64,000 nucleotides of DNA from Lepidodermella squamata (lineage: Eukaryota; Animalia; Gastrotricha): NCBI GenBank assembly GCA_047495785.1, contig JBLDXI010000054.1, forward strand, positions 3,534,001-3,598,000, written 5' to 3'. Below, in pieces: positions 41,013-52,574 of the stretch. The position numbers and the translations under genes were made by a program. The notes beneath the pieces are model-generated. The model searched no databases. It saw nothing but the letters and a program-made list of their open reading frames with translations, and had not been told where the DNA came from. Within the stretch, counting starts at the first letter, position 1; each line of letters starts with the position of its first letter.

Positions 41013-42322
41013 ATGTTTCAATTCGCCACTTTTGCCGCTTTGGCAACTGCCCTGGTCTTGCCACTGAGCGCCATCGACCCAAACGCCCTTTGCCGGGAGG
41101 TCGAGGAACGCCGCAACCACAAGGACGTCTACCCGAACCAAGAAGACTGTCACATCTACTACCAGGTTTGTTCATGCCCTATTCAATCAACCCAGCTAAA
41201 ACGCTCTATTCATTTCAGTGTTACTATTCGAGCAATACTGATGCCATCGGATTCGTTCGCCGTTGCAAAGATGGCCAATTTTTCGACGCGTCATCGCTCG
41301 GCTGCGTTCAAGAAGGCCCAGTCCCATGCACCCGTCTGCACGAACTGACCTCTGACCGCGCCCGCCTCACCGAAACCAGCTGCCGTGACACCTTCGGCAA
41401 CATTCTGTCGATCGTACCCGGCCACCGCGATCAGTTCAAACTGCACGAAATGACGCTGCCCTGCCCGAACGGCCGCCCCTTCGATCTCGACCTGTGCCAA
41501 TGCGATACGACTGATCTCGAAGCCGGCCCGAACCCGAAGAAGCAGTGCCAGTTGTGGATGCCTTTCGACGAAGATCTCCTCGACCACTCATACGAACGCT
41601 ACCTCACCTTCCCAACGGGTGACGCTGCTGTCGACCCGGTCAACTTCTTCAACGGCGAGGCTTCGTTGCGCGTCAACCATGGCCGTCTTCGCGTCCAGGG
41701 CCTCAAATCCCTGCCTCAGACCGAGAACGGCTTGCCGAGCTCTGCTTCGTGGTGCTTTTTCTTCCGGTTAGTTTTTGATAGATTAAATTATTTGAAAATG
41801 TGAATTTATTTATTAATTTAGTTGCGAGGGATCTCATTCGCACGATTGCCTGCACGAGGGCGGTATTCTGTCGAACAGCAAGGACCAGGCGCTCACCGAT
41901 TTCACGATCGTTGCCGCCGTTCGCCCGAACAACAAGCTGGACATCCGCCTCGGCACCGAGCCCCATCACACCTCGGTGACTGTTCCGATCAACTGGAAAC
42001 AGGCTGGCTGGAACCACGTCTGCGTTGTCCTCGAAGGTCAAGATCTCCGCGTTTACGTCAACTCGGTATGAATTCTTTATTAAGATGGATTTTTAATCGA
42101 AAACCTTTCGCAATATAGGAAATGGTTAAGACCCAGCAGTTGCAAGGTCACATGGCGACTAGCCACCAGCCCTACGTTATTGGCTCGGACCGTGCCTATG
42201 GCAACTTTATCGGTAACATCGACGATGTCCTCGCCTGCTCTCACGCGCTGACTGAAGATGAAATTCGAGCTCTGTACAACGGCGATCACGACGCCCTTCG
42301 CCGTGAGGGTCTTTTCCCTTAA
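41013..42322 (+). CDS. Secreted chitin-binding (peritrophin-A/CBM14-like) + Laminin G/ConA-like protein, Pif-like (4 exons)
   Basis: Signal peptide; YPNQEDCHIYYQ|C...RRCKDGQFFDASSLGC and CPNGRPFDLDLCQC chitin-binding-type modules; LWMPFDEDLLDHS, WNHVCVV...VYVN and FIGNIDDV...ALTEDEIRALY LamG3 motifs. Confidence 0.82.
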
Positions 42323-42623
42323 AATACTGTCATCTACAAACACTCTCCCCTTGCGTGAATATTATTTATTTTGACAGCTGAAATTTCAAACTATATGAAA
42401 TAATAAAATTTACAAAAGTCAGCCATGTATAATTAAATTATAGCTTTATTTTTCGTAAACATTGAGTGCATTTTGGAAAAATCAATTCGTGTCATGTTTA
42501 AATGGAAACAGATAAAATCGGTTTAAAACCGTCTCAATATAGATTAAAGCGATGGAAAATTGATAAAATTTAGAAAGTTCTGTCAACATAATATTTTGAA
42601 AGTCTAATATAATGTCGCGATGC

Positions 42624-43628
42624 TTAGCAATGAGCATTAATCCAATCGATAACGTCCTTCATAAATTGCTCTTTAACACCTTCCGGCTCACTGCGCAGCA
42701 CGTGATAGGCACCCTTGTACAGCTTGAAAGTTTTGTCTTTGCTGCCAGCCAGATCGAACAACTTCTGGCTGCCGGAAATCGGGCACAAATGGTCGCAATC
42801 GCCGTGGCAAACGAGTAACGGAACCGAGAGCGATTTCGCGTTTTCAAATACCGAAATTTGAGTATCCATCGAGGCCTTGCCAAACAGGGCATTAGCCATG
42901 CCGTGGTGGACCAGCGGATCGGCGTCGTAGCTTTCAACAACCGACTTGTCCCGAGAAACTGTTTTCGGGTCGACCTTTGAAATTGGTAGCAAATAGAACG
43001 GCCAATAAATTCCTAAATAATAGCCGAGAGTCACCTGTAGAAAAAAATCATCAATTTTCAAGTTTAAAATTTTGAAAATCGATAATTTACCACCCAGTTG
43101 GGGACATAATCAGGAATTGCGAGAAAAGCCGATTCCGTAATCAAACCATCGGTAAAATGCTGGACCTTCTCCAGTAATTTCAAAGAGATTAATCCACCCT
43201 AAAAAAATTCAAATCGAATTTCGGCTAATTTTCCTTAATTTTTCGAACTCACCATCGAGTGGCCATAAATGAACACCTTTTTACCCGGAAATTGCTTCAT
43301 GGTATCCTCGATATGTTGCTTGGCAGGAATTGTAAAAACGTCATAAGTAGGAACCCAGGCTCGATAGCCACTGCTTTTTCCATGCCCAACTAAAACATCA
43401 TTTTGTTCAATCAAAAAATTTTAAAATTAAAATCAAAATACCATGATCATGTCCGAAAACGTAAAAATTGCTGTCAGTCAACTTCTGAAAGACTTCGTCG
43501 TATCGGCCAATGTGTTCGCCATAACCGTGGCAAATAAATATTAGCGCTTTAGGGTCGTTTTTCGGCTTCAGGTGGCGGCAGAAAATTTTCTCGCCATTAT
43601 ACTCTTTGACTGTGTCTTCGAATTGCAT
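42624..43628 (-). CDS. mgll: Monoglyceride lipase-like alpha/beta hydrolase, copy 1 (multi-exon)
   Basis: CHGYGEH, DH|VGHGKS, GHSM|GG nucleophile, DPLVHHG, HGDCDHLC, GAYHVL. Confidence 0.9.
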
Positions 43629-43812
43629 GGTTATAAAAGTCGTCTAAAAGTCGAGACGAGAAAAAACTATTAAATTATGCATTGTATTTAAAGCAGCAGG
43701 TTTACGAATTATCATAATATTATAAAAAATAAAAAGCAACAAATGAGTACGAGTGCTTTGGTGGCAAGAATGTTTGGTGCTGAAAAAATTGGGCGGTTAT
43801 AAAAAAACAATG

Positions 43813-44819
43813 TCAACAGTGAGCATTAAGCCAGTCATGCAAATCCTTGACGAAATCGTCGCGTATGCCGACAGATTCACCGTGCAAAACGTGAAAGGCG
43901 CCTTTGAACTCTTTGAATTTTTTATCATCGCTCCCGAAAATTCCGAAAAGTTCCTTGCTCTTCGAAATCGGACACAGCCCGTCAAGTTCACCGTGAGCTA
44001 AAAATATCGGTAGTTTGAACTCGGCAGCCTTGCGGAAAACTTCGTCACGAGTGTCAAGAGAAGCTTTCAGAACGCAAGCTGGGATCATGCCGTGATAAAC
44101 CAAAGGGTCAGTTCGGTAGCTCGTACATAGCTCTTTGACATGAGACAGCAGGTCAGGGTCGACCTTAGAAACGGGCATCGATTGAGTCGCGCAGTGCGAC
44201 CCCAAAAACCGCCCGAAAGAAACCTTCAGCCAACAAAAATACCGAAGGCTTTTCATTATTGACTGAACTTACGACCCATCCGGGTATATTATCAGGGGAT
44301 CCGAGAAACGGGCCCTCTAACACGAGCCCGTCAACCAGCTTCGGTTGATCCACCAGCAATTTTAAAGACATTAATCCACCCTAAAATTTCCTAATTTATT
44401 TAAATTAATGGGAATAAATCCTGTTTTTACCATTGAGTGGCCGTATAGAAATAATTTCTTATTCGGAAAATTTTTCCTAGCCTCCTCAATATGCAGCTTG
44501 ACTGGAATGGTAACCATGTCGAAATTAGATATCCAGCCTTTTTTACCCGTGCTTTTACCATGACCAGCTTTATAAATTAAAGCCAATTACAGATATTCTC
44601 AATTTTTTTTTGTAAATTACCATGATCATGTCCGAATACGTAGTAGCCTTGGGAAGTCAAATCCTCGAAGACTTCATCGTACCTGCCAATGTGCTCACCA
44701 TAACCATGGCTCAGGAAAATCAGCGCTTTAGGTTCAGTGCCATTTTTCGGCTTCAAATGCCGACAGAAAATTTTCTCGCCATTCAACTCTTTGACTGAAT
44801 CCTCGAAATTCAAAGCCAT
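43813..44819 (-). CDS. mgll: Monoglyceride lipase-like, copy 2 (multi-exon)
   Basis: SHGYGEH, GHGKS, GHSM|GG, DPLVYHG, HGELDGLC, GAFHVL. Confidence 0.9.
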
Positions 44820-44945
44820 TTAATACTGTCTAAATCAATCGAAATTCGAATACATCAAGTACTCCAACTAAGTTTATTATAGCGTTAAAATAGAATTCAA
44901 GCACAGTGAAAAATAGAGTGAAAAAAACTAGATTCGGAGATCAAG

Positions 44946-45979
44946 TTAACAACGAGAATTAAGCCAGTCGATCACAATGCAATAAAGTTCCTCTTTGATG
45001 CCATCGGGCTCACAGCGCAGGGTATGATAACCCCCATTAAAAGTTTTGAAAATTTTGTCCTCGGCACCGACTAGATTGAAAAATTCTTGGCTCTTCGGTT
45101 TTGGGCAAATGCGATCTTTGTCACCGACTAGAATGAGAATTGGATTGCACAGGGTTTTCGCTGTATCAAACGCTTCCAAATGCGCTTCAGAAGCTGATTT
45201 CACCATTCGAAATCGCGGAAAACCACGCCCGGCTAATTCGTCCTTTTCAAGGCTTCGTATAACCTTTTTATCTCGGGTAGCCAGATTCCAACGAATTGAG
45301 CCCATGGGCAGGCTGTGTGTCAACGGGTTCGACCCCATAAACGAGCCGATTGAGATCTAACAAAAAACATCATTTTTTAAGCTCCTGTATTGCTAGTAGC
45401 ATCATTAGCATACCATCCAAGATGGGAATAAATCAGGAAACGCAAAAAACGGGCTCTCCAGTATTATGCCATGGATAAGTTGAGGATAACGCGCCGAAAG
45501 CAATACTGACGCTAGTCCACCCTAAAAAATCGATGAAACTAGATTCTATAGAAAAAAATTATATGGCATTTCTGACATACCAACGAGTGCCCATAGATAA
45601 AGACTTTCTTGCCCGGAAATTGTTCAGCTGTCTCTTTGATGTGCTCAACGGTCGGAGCGATGAGTACGTCGTAATTGGGTATCCAAAGTCTGTCACCACT
45701 GCTCTTGCCATGACCCACTGGCGAATTCAAAATTGATAATAAAAGTAGGATGTGGGACTATGAAATTAACTCACCGAAATCTTGTCCGAAAACGTAGTAG
45801 TTTTCAGCACGCAGTTGAGCGAATAATTCATCGTACCGTCCGATGTGTTCGCCAAAGCCGTGGCATATGCAGACCAGAGCCTTAGGGTCACTATTCATCG
45901 GCTTCACATGACGGCAAAATATCTGACTATTCGCGAGGTCTTTGGTGACGTGCAGCTCTACGACGTCCTCATCTCCCAT
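44946..45979 (-). CDS. mgll: Monoglyceride lipase-like, copy 3 (multi-exon, most divergent)
   Basis: CHGFGEH, GHGKSSG, GHSL|GG, VGDKDRIC, GGYHTL. Confidence 0.88.
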
Positions 45980-46858
45980 CTTGTCAAAACCCTAAATTTA
46001 GAGATAATTTATAAAATCAAGCGAAGTCTGATGTAAATGAAATTTCGAATTTCTAAAGGAATTCGCATAGGGATTCTGAACCCTGAAGATGAATCAGAAA
46101 GCAACAGAATGCCGTTAGCTTGATGCGAGAATTTGCCGTTCGTATGTGCTGTTGAATGATCTTTATCTGCCTAGCAAACAGTTGATGTTTTAGAAACGTC
46201 TCGCCAGTGCCGTCTTGTACAAGATGCAGCGACTTCCCAACTAGTTAAATATTGATTCAATCGAGTTTCTTAAAAATTCTAAGAAAACAAAAGGAAGCTT
46301 GCTATTAGACGAACTCCACAATTTTTATTACAATTAAGAACAAGAGGACAAATGTTGCAAATAGTAGCTCATCGAAATAAAAGCCAGCAAATTCAGAAAA
46401 TTTTCTTTCAATGCGTATATACAAACATTAGTTTCTGCATCTCGCTAAAAATGATATTATGTACGATCAAGTTATGACGTAAAACACGGCTTCTGGATCA
46501 AAAATAAGTTATTAATGATATTATAACGCTACTTCGCTTCTAAATCTGAAAGTTTGCGAGGGTAAGGGTTTTGACACGCATTAATTACGCATATTTCAAT
46601 CGACAAAGATTAAAGGAAGAGTTATTAAAAGTCACCGCGATGTCCTAGCTTTGCACATCACAATTCACAACACGTAATTTTCAACAAACAAATAGATAGG
46701 GTAGGGCTGAACAATATTGCCAAGGAATGAATGTTTCATGAAGCTCGAGGTTACACGTTTAAAAATTATGTACACCCATTTCGAAGCCAACGGTATGAGA
46801 AATCCGCGCAAGAATGAACTAATAGCCGACTAGGTTTCAGAAATCGAATTTATAGCTT

Positions 46859-47230
46859 TCAGAGAATGCCTTGGTATGCATCGTGAACGGCAGTAGTATT
46901 GACATTACTGTGATGAGATACCGGTGCAACAGTTGTGAAGTTCCAGTGAGTAGCATTGCCAGTTGCGTTACCTGCTTTGTTTTTCAACGACACAGGTTGA
47001 CAGGGGAATGCGAAAATGTACAACAGAGAAACTATCAACGCCACGGCTGACCAGATAATGGTATCACGAATGTGAGGTTGCTTCAACTTCGCAATGAAGC
47101 CTTTCTCTTTCAAGGCGGCAGCAGGTGTCTCCATTTCTAGAGTCTGCGGTTGCTTGCCATTCTCCAGTAGAGTTTGAGCAGCAGCTGCCTCTTCGGCTTG
47201 AGATGAAGGAGGAATAGTAGTAGTTGCCAT
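46859..47230 (-). CDS. Orphan small type II membrane glycoprotein (123 aa)
   Basis: ATG-started single-exon ORF; one TM (IIWSAVALIVSLLYIFAF) preceded by basic residues; C-terminal part has NAT, NAT, NFT and NTT sequons. Confidence 0.6.
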   Translation of the reverse strand: MATTTIPPSSQAEEAAAAQTLLENGKQPQTLEMETPAAALKEKGFIAKLKQPHIRDTIIWSAVALIVSLLYIFAFPCQPVSLKNKAGNATGNATHWNFTTVAPVSHHSNVNTTAVHDAYQGIL

Positions 47231-49171
47231 TAAATAAGTGCAATAACAGGTCTAGATGCAAAAATGTTGGAACATGATAAACAATCAGCTTCAGATAAAC
47301 ACTCACGAGTACAACTATCAGAAATTTACGCAGTTCAAACTAATTATATTGATAAATAAGGAAACGGACATCCATCATGACTTCTGACTCATGATAACGA
47401 ATTCCAAACATTTAAGTTAACTGACCGAACAAATAAGAATGTTTGGAATAAACATGTCAAAAATTGCCAAGATCAGGAAAAAAAGACGGCTAAAACCGTA
47501 GTCACTCAGCTGCTTCGCCTGCGCCCGATCAATTTGCCTATGTATCTTGTCATAAGTCCTAGGTCGTAACAATTATTAACTCATATACATCCCCGCAGCC
47601 ACCCTTAAGCTATTTGAGCACTCGAACAAACTTAAGATTGCTTGTTAAGAGGTAAGAGCAACAAGCAACAGGTACGATGTAAGGCTTCATCCTCTCCTGA
47701 AGCGACGATTTCCCATTCCTCAGCATCAAGTGCTACCTCGATATTAAGATATTGCTGCCCGACGCGGTACAGAGCAGCTCAGTGTAAGATTTCGAAGAGT
47801 GGGAAGTGGGAAGTGGATTTTCCGGCGAAGAAATTTACCATGAAAATGATGAAGCCTCAACGAGTCACAAGTCAGGTTTCCCAAGAAAATGCGGAATCCG
47901 GTCTAGTAAGCCACATTGCTCATTTCGCTTTTGTTAAGGTTTTCCTAAAAAATGCGATTTCCGGCGCAATGCTATTCCGGTCGTAAAATGACATCAGGAA
48001 TTGATTGAACTTTGAACTCATTCATCATTCATCATCATCACCTGACGAAAAGCGGGGAACCAGCAGCAAAAACTCAACGAAAAGGAAAGATGTCCCCGCA
48101 TATCCCCCTTTTATCCCGAAACCCATCTAAAAACAAAATTGTTTCAATTATATCTGATAGGCCAGCAAGTTAGATTGTCAAGACACATTCAACCATATTC
48201 ATCGTTTTGTGAAATAATAAATGTTAAGAACAAACAATTCAAACATGCCGCGTTTTTCATCAAAGCTGATTTTCAAGTTGATGTGAAAAGTCTTTTCCTC
48301 AGCCGTCTGAGCTGTCGTTTTTTAGCGGCGTTCAATGTTAAAGATTCCTGGCAACATCGAGTAAATCACGTTAGACTCGCGAGACTCACGAGACTCACTT
48401 ATACCTGTTTGCTTCCTTAGACACTTGAGCATCACAAGCGCCTCCCAGTGCTCCAAATACAGATTTTCTGTTTCGTTACCTGTCAGACATTTTCCAAACT
48501 TTTTCTTGCCTTTCATATCCCCGCAAAACATGGCGTAGCTACCATTTTTATCTCGTCAATTACATCGATTATTGGCGATTTCAATGTGAAGGTATCATTT
48601 TTATAAAAGTATAGGATGTAGATAGCCCCACAGCAATCGAGAAACGTGATATTTAGGAGACAAAGTGCTGGAGAACTCGTCTAGTCTTGTTACCCTATCA
48701 GCTGAACCCTTGAATCTTCGTATTTTAATAACTAATAACCACGATACCGGGTTTTTAGAGCCCTCCCAAAGAAGAAATGCAACGCAATCAACTGTCTATG
48801 ATCCCGAGTTGTGGTTGTAAGTGCCAAGTGCCTGTCTGCGACTATCTCGTATAAGTACATAAGTTCAATCCTTATATTCTTACCTTATTTACTCAAGCCC
48901 ACACGTGGCGTGTCTCCTGCACTATCATCCAGTTCATGGCTCAACGCTTGAATTCTTGATTCTTGATCCCTCCATTCTGTGCTCTGCTACCAAGCCAGCA
49001 AAGCACTCATTCTCTTGTGTTCATTTAATTGATGCGATGTCACACGAGTTACGAGTAGAAGTACTACCCAGTTTGTGTTTACCAATGCTATCGGCATATA
49101 ACTCATCTTCAATATTTCTAAATTTTCAATTTATTTATCTAGATTGTTGATACATCGTGGATAAATATTGA

Positions 49172-51349
49172 ATGGATGGTATACAGTTAAACATCACGAC
49201 AACTCGCTCGCTAAAGCGGAAATCTTCCAATTCTGGCGATATCCCTTCTGATAATAAAAATTTAAAAGCGACACCACCTGCAGACGATGTGAAAGCAGGC
49301 GAGAATAAACAGACCCAGGGCTATCCTTTCATCATTCCCGAAGACAGAAACGGCAGTGCGAATGTCGACACTCAAATTCAGGAACCTGAAAAGCGGCCTT
49401 ACTATCGTGAACCATTACGCATGAATCCCGTGATTGACGAGGGAGAAGTCATGGCATCAGCAAAGGAGACTCTTTTCACGCAAGACTCTTTCCAAGCTCT
49501 CAATCTACATCCATATCTAACTAAAAATGTGATTGAGAAACTCGGATTTACCCAAGTGACTCTTGTCCAAAAGTTGGGCATTCCCGTTGTGCAAAGAGGA
49601 GTTGACGTGCTTGTCAAATCGCAAACTGGCAGTGGCAAAACACTCGTATATGCGCTTCCGATTTTGAACAAACTGGGGTGTATGGAAAAACCTGTCTCAC
49701 GCAGTGATGGCGTTTATTGCCTCGTAATTTTGCCAACCCGAGAGCTGGCTGTTCAAAGTTACGATGTCTTCCACCGCTTGTGCCAAAGTTTCATTAAAAT
49801 AAACCCTGGCTGTCTATCGGGCGGTGAGAAGAAAAAGTCGGAAAAAGCTCGATTGCGAAAAGGCATCAATATTCTGGTCTCCACACCTGGTCGTTTGTTG
49901 GATCACTTGAAAACTAGCGCTAATCTGCCGCTATCGCTTTCTCATTTACAATACCTCGTCATCGACGAAGCTGATCGTCTATTAGAGGCTGGTTTCGAGA
50001 ATCAAGTTCACGAAATTTTGAGCATCATCAAAGAAGCAACAGCTGGTAATCCGTGGCAAACCATCCTGCTGTCTGCTACACTTTCACCGGCTGTCGAGCG
50101 GCTGGCGAGTTTATCGCTCCATAATCCGGAATTCATCGACATACAAGCACTTTCAGCCGCTTCATCTGCTGATCAAAATAACTTCTTTACCGAACCAATA
50201 ATGTCAGTTCCTGAACGTTTGAAACAATACTACGCTGTAACTCCGACAAAGTTGAAATTAGCAGCTTTAACTGCGTTTTTGCTCAGAAAGCGCAAGTTTA
50301 AAATCGTCATTTTCGCACCGACTCAGGACGTTGTCGAATTTTTGTTCTCGTTGTATGAAAACGTTCTCGAAAAACTGATCGAAAAGTTCCCTGCTTCGGC
50401 TGAAGTTACGTCGGAAAAGACTAAGCTGTTCAGGCTGCATGGGGAGATGGGTCAAAGGTTGGAGAAGCAATTTTTAAGCAGGATTTGTTTATTTTTATCT
50501 TTTTTTTCTAGTGAGCGATCGGACGTCTTCCGGCGATTTAGTCAATCTGAAAGTGGATTCCTGTTTTCGACCGATGTAGCCGCTCGTGGCTTGGATCTTC
50601 CGAACATCGCTTGGGTCGTCCAGTTTCAGGCCCCAGAGACACCTGCAGTTTACGTCCACAGGGCTGGTCGAACAGCCAGAGCAGGCCGACCCGGTTCTTC
50701 AGTTCTATTTATCATCCCAAACGAAACAGAATACGTCAAACTGATGCGGCAAGACTTCGGAATGGAGCTGAAATCGATCAGATTTTCATCAATAACCGCA
50801 GGGTTGGAGGGCAGAACGCCGGAGAAAAGCGACGATATCCGAGTTGTGTTCGAAGTGCAGCATTTGATCGACGATGCGGTCGCTGATGACAAAAAATTGC
50901 AAGAAATGGCGAGGAAGGCTTATATTTCCTTCGTTCGCTCCTACGCGACGTATCGCAATGAGATGCGATCGATTTTCAATGTCAGGAATGGTCTTCATTT
51001 CGGGCACATTGCCCGGGCTTTTGGGATGAAGGACGAGAGTCCAACGGAGATTAACAACATTTTACGGAGGAATAATACCTCGCAGCCGCGGCACGATTTC
51101 CGACCGAGAAATTCGTATAACAGCGAGCTGCAAAACTCGAATAACGACGCAACACCCGGTGGTTACCCGGCGTGGAAAGAGTCTTCTTTCGAAAAGCAGA
51201 GCAGTGGTTTTCAGGTCAGACCAGGTCCGAAAGTTGAGCATAATCGACCGAGAGCTGGCACCAAAGTTATCAATGGCGTTCGAGCTGGAGGAAGGAACGG
51301 TTATCAGGTCGCCATGCAGCGTTGCTCAGAATTTGCGAGCGGGTTATAA
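49172..51349 (+). CDS. ddx31: DEAD-box RNA helicase DDX31/Dbp7 (intron 50458-50511)
   Basis: SQTGSGKT, PTREL, GGEKKKSEKARLRKG (DDX31 signature), TPGRLLDH, DEAD, SAT, TDVAARGLD, HRAGRTAR, C-terminal SEFASGL. Confidence 0.95.
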   Translation: MDGIQLNITTTRSLKRKSSNSGDIPSDNKNLKATPPADDVKAGENKQTQGYPFIIPEDRNGSANVDTQIQEPEKRPYYREPLRMNPVIDEGEVMASAKETLFTQDSFQALNLHPYLTKNVIEKLGFTQVTLVQKLGIPVVQRGVDVLVKSQTGSGKTLVYALPILNKLGCMEKPVSRSDGVYCLVILPTRELAVQSYDVFHRLCQSFIKINPGCLSGGEKKKSEKARLRKGINILVSTPGRLLDHLKTSANLPLSLSHLQYLVIDEADRLLEAGFENQVHEILSIIKEATAGNPWQTILLSATLSPAVERLASLSLHNPEFIDIQALSAASSADQNNFFTEPIMSVPERLKQYYAVTPTKLKLAALTAFLLRKRKFKIVIFAPTQDVVEFLFSLYENVLEKLIEKFPASAEVTSEKTKLFRLHGEMGQRLEKQFLSRICLFLSFFSSERSDVFRRFSQSESGFLFSTDVAARGLDLPNIAWVVQFQAPETPAVYVHRAGRTARAGRPGSSVLFIIPNETEYVKLMRQDFGMELKSIRFSSITAGLEGRTPEKSDDIRVVFEVQHLIDDAVADDKKLQEMARKAYISFVRSYATYRNEMRSIFNVRNGLHFGHIARAFGMKDESPTEINNILRRNNTSQPRHDFRPRNSYNSELQNSNNDATPGGYPAWKESSFEKQSSGFQVRPGPKVEHNRPRAGTKVINGVRAGGRNGYQVAMQRCSEFASGL

Positions 51350-51484
51350 AATAAACTTCTTTCATTATAATCATGTGCAAACAGCTCAACGTTATTTGTT
51401 TTGGTTTCAGATGAAAAATTTAAGGTGGCTAATTTATTTTTATTTTTTGTAGATTTGTTTTTGTGATTTTTTTGAACAATATTA

Positions 51485-51826
51485 ATGGCGAATCAAGCTT
51501 TGTCGCGGCCTCCTTACGAGAAAATCAAGGCTAATGAGGAGGATCGAAAACTGATCGAACGCCTGCTGACCTCGAAGATTTCTATTAGTGACGCCCTTTC
51601 CGCTGCCGGTGTGAAAACTGCAGATGTTAAGACGATCCTGGCAAAATCGCAGGTAGAATTGTGCCAAGAACACCGCGACGCTGAGGCCCGGGTCAGCCGG
51701 TGCGGCCGCGCAGGTCGGCCGTCGTTGAAATACGCGGCGAGGCAAGATTCCGGACTGGCATGCACTTGCGGCGCAGTGCTCGGCTACTTTGAAGACCGGT
51801 ACCCGACTCACCTGTCCGATCAGTAA
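51485..51826 (+). CDS. Orphan small helical protein (113 aa), paralog of 52176-52574
   Basis: Clean ATG-TAA ORF with GC-rich coding-like composition in AT-rich flanks; shares LL...ISI..A / EL.Q...DA.ARV.R with the neighbouring ORF. Confidence 0.7.
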   Translation: MANQALSRPPYEKIKANEEDRKLIERLLTSKISISDALSAAGVKTADVKTILAKSQVELCQEHRDAEARVSRCGRAGRPSLKYAARQDSGLACTCGAVLGYFEDRYPTHLSDQ

Positions 51827-52175
51827 TTTAAATGGACTGAATGTTTTCTATCACATTGTTTTTATGCCTTTCATTGATGATAATTGTTGTTGTAAACAAA
51901 TCGAAAATAAACATTTTTTTGGCGAATCGAAAGTGTTTTTTCAGCCTTCAATTTTTTGAAAAAAATCGGCATCAAAAGCGAAAATTCCAGCATATACGTT
52001 TATTACAAATTTTGAAGATTTTTGTCATACAAAAAAGTCTCGAGAGAATCGATCAGAAAAGTCATTAGAACAAAGTAAATTATACAGATTTGAAATGCAG
52101 ATGATCAACAAGAACCAGAGTGCCTGGTTATCAGCAGTAACAAAGTATATAAAAAAAAACTTGATTTGCACATGA

Positions 52176-52574
52176 TTATAGGTTCATACGGTCGAGTTCG
52201 ACCAGCAGATCGATGAAAGCGCGGGTGAGCTTGAAATCAGCCACCGCCGCCAGGCGCTGTTGCGACGAATGCCGGCCGTTTTTCTCCGTTCTGATATAGC
52301 GCATCACCCGCGCTCTTGCATCGTAGCAGTCTTGTTTTAATTCGAACAGCATTTTCTTGCTGAAATCATCGAGGCGTGTTATCGCGGCAGCTTCCTCAAT
52401 CGAAATTTCTCCCGCCAGTAGTTTTCTAGCTGTCTGTTCGCGTATTGCCTCGTCATCATCTGCTTCAACATTTTTAGCCGATACGCTGCATTGGCTGGGT
52501 TTTATTATTGACCGAATGATCGAAAGAAAATACGATACAAGGTCTGGCGAAATACGACATTTGTCTACAAGCAA
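52176..52574 (-). CDS. Orphan small helical protein, paralog of 51485-51826 (5' end uncertain)
   Basis: RKLLAGEISIEEA...ELKQDCYDARARVMR; true start unclear (possible short first exon with ATG at 52630). Confidence 0.62.
   Translation of the reverse strand: MLVDKCRISPDLVSYFLSIIRSIIKPSQCSVSAKNVEADDDEAIREQTARKLLAGEISIEEAAAITRLDDFSKKMLFELKQDCYDARARVMRYIRTEKNGRHSSQQRLAAVADFKLTRAFIDLLVELDRMNL

Noticed and set aside
47642-49150. Short ORFs with partly coding-like composition upstream of DDX31
   Set aside because: No coherent exon chain or motif; may be decayed sequence but cannot be supported.
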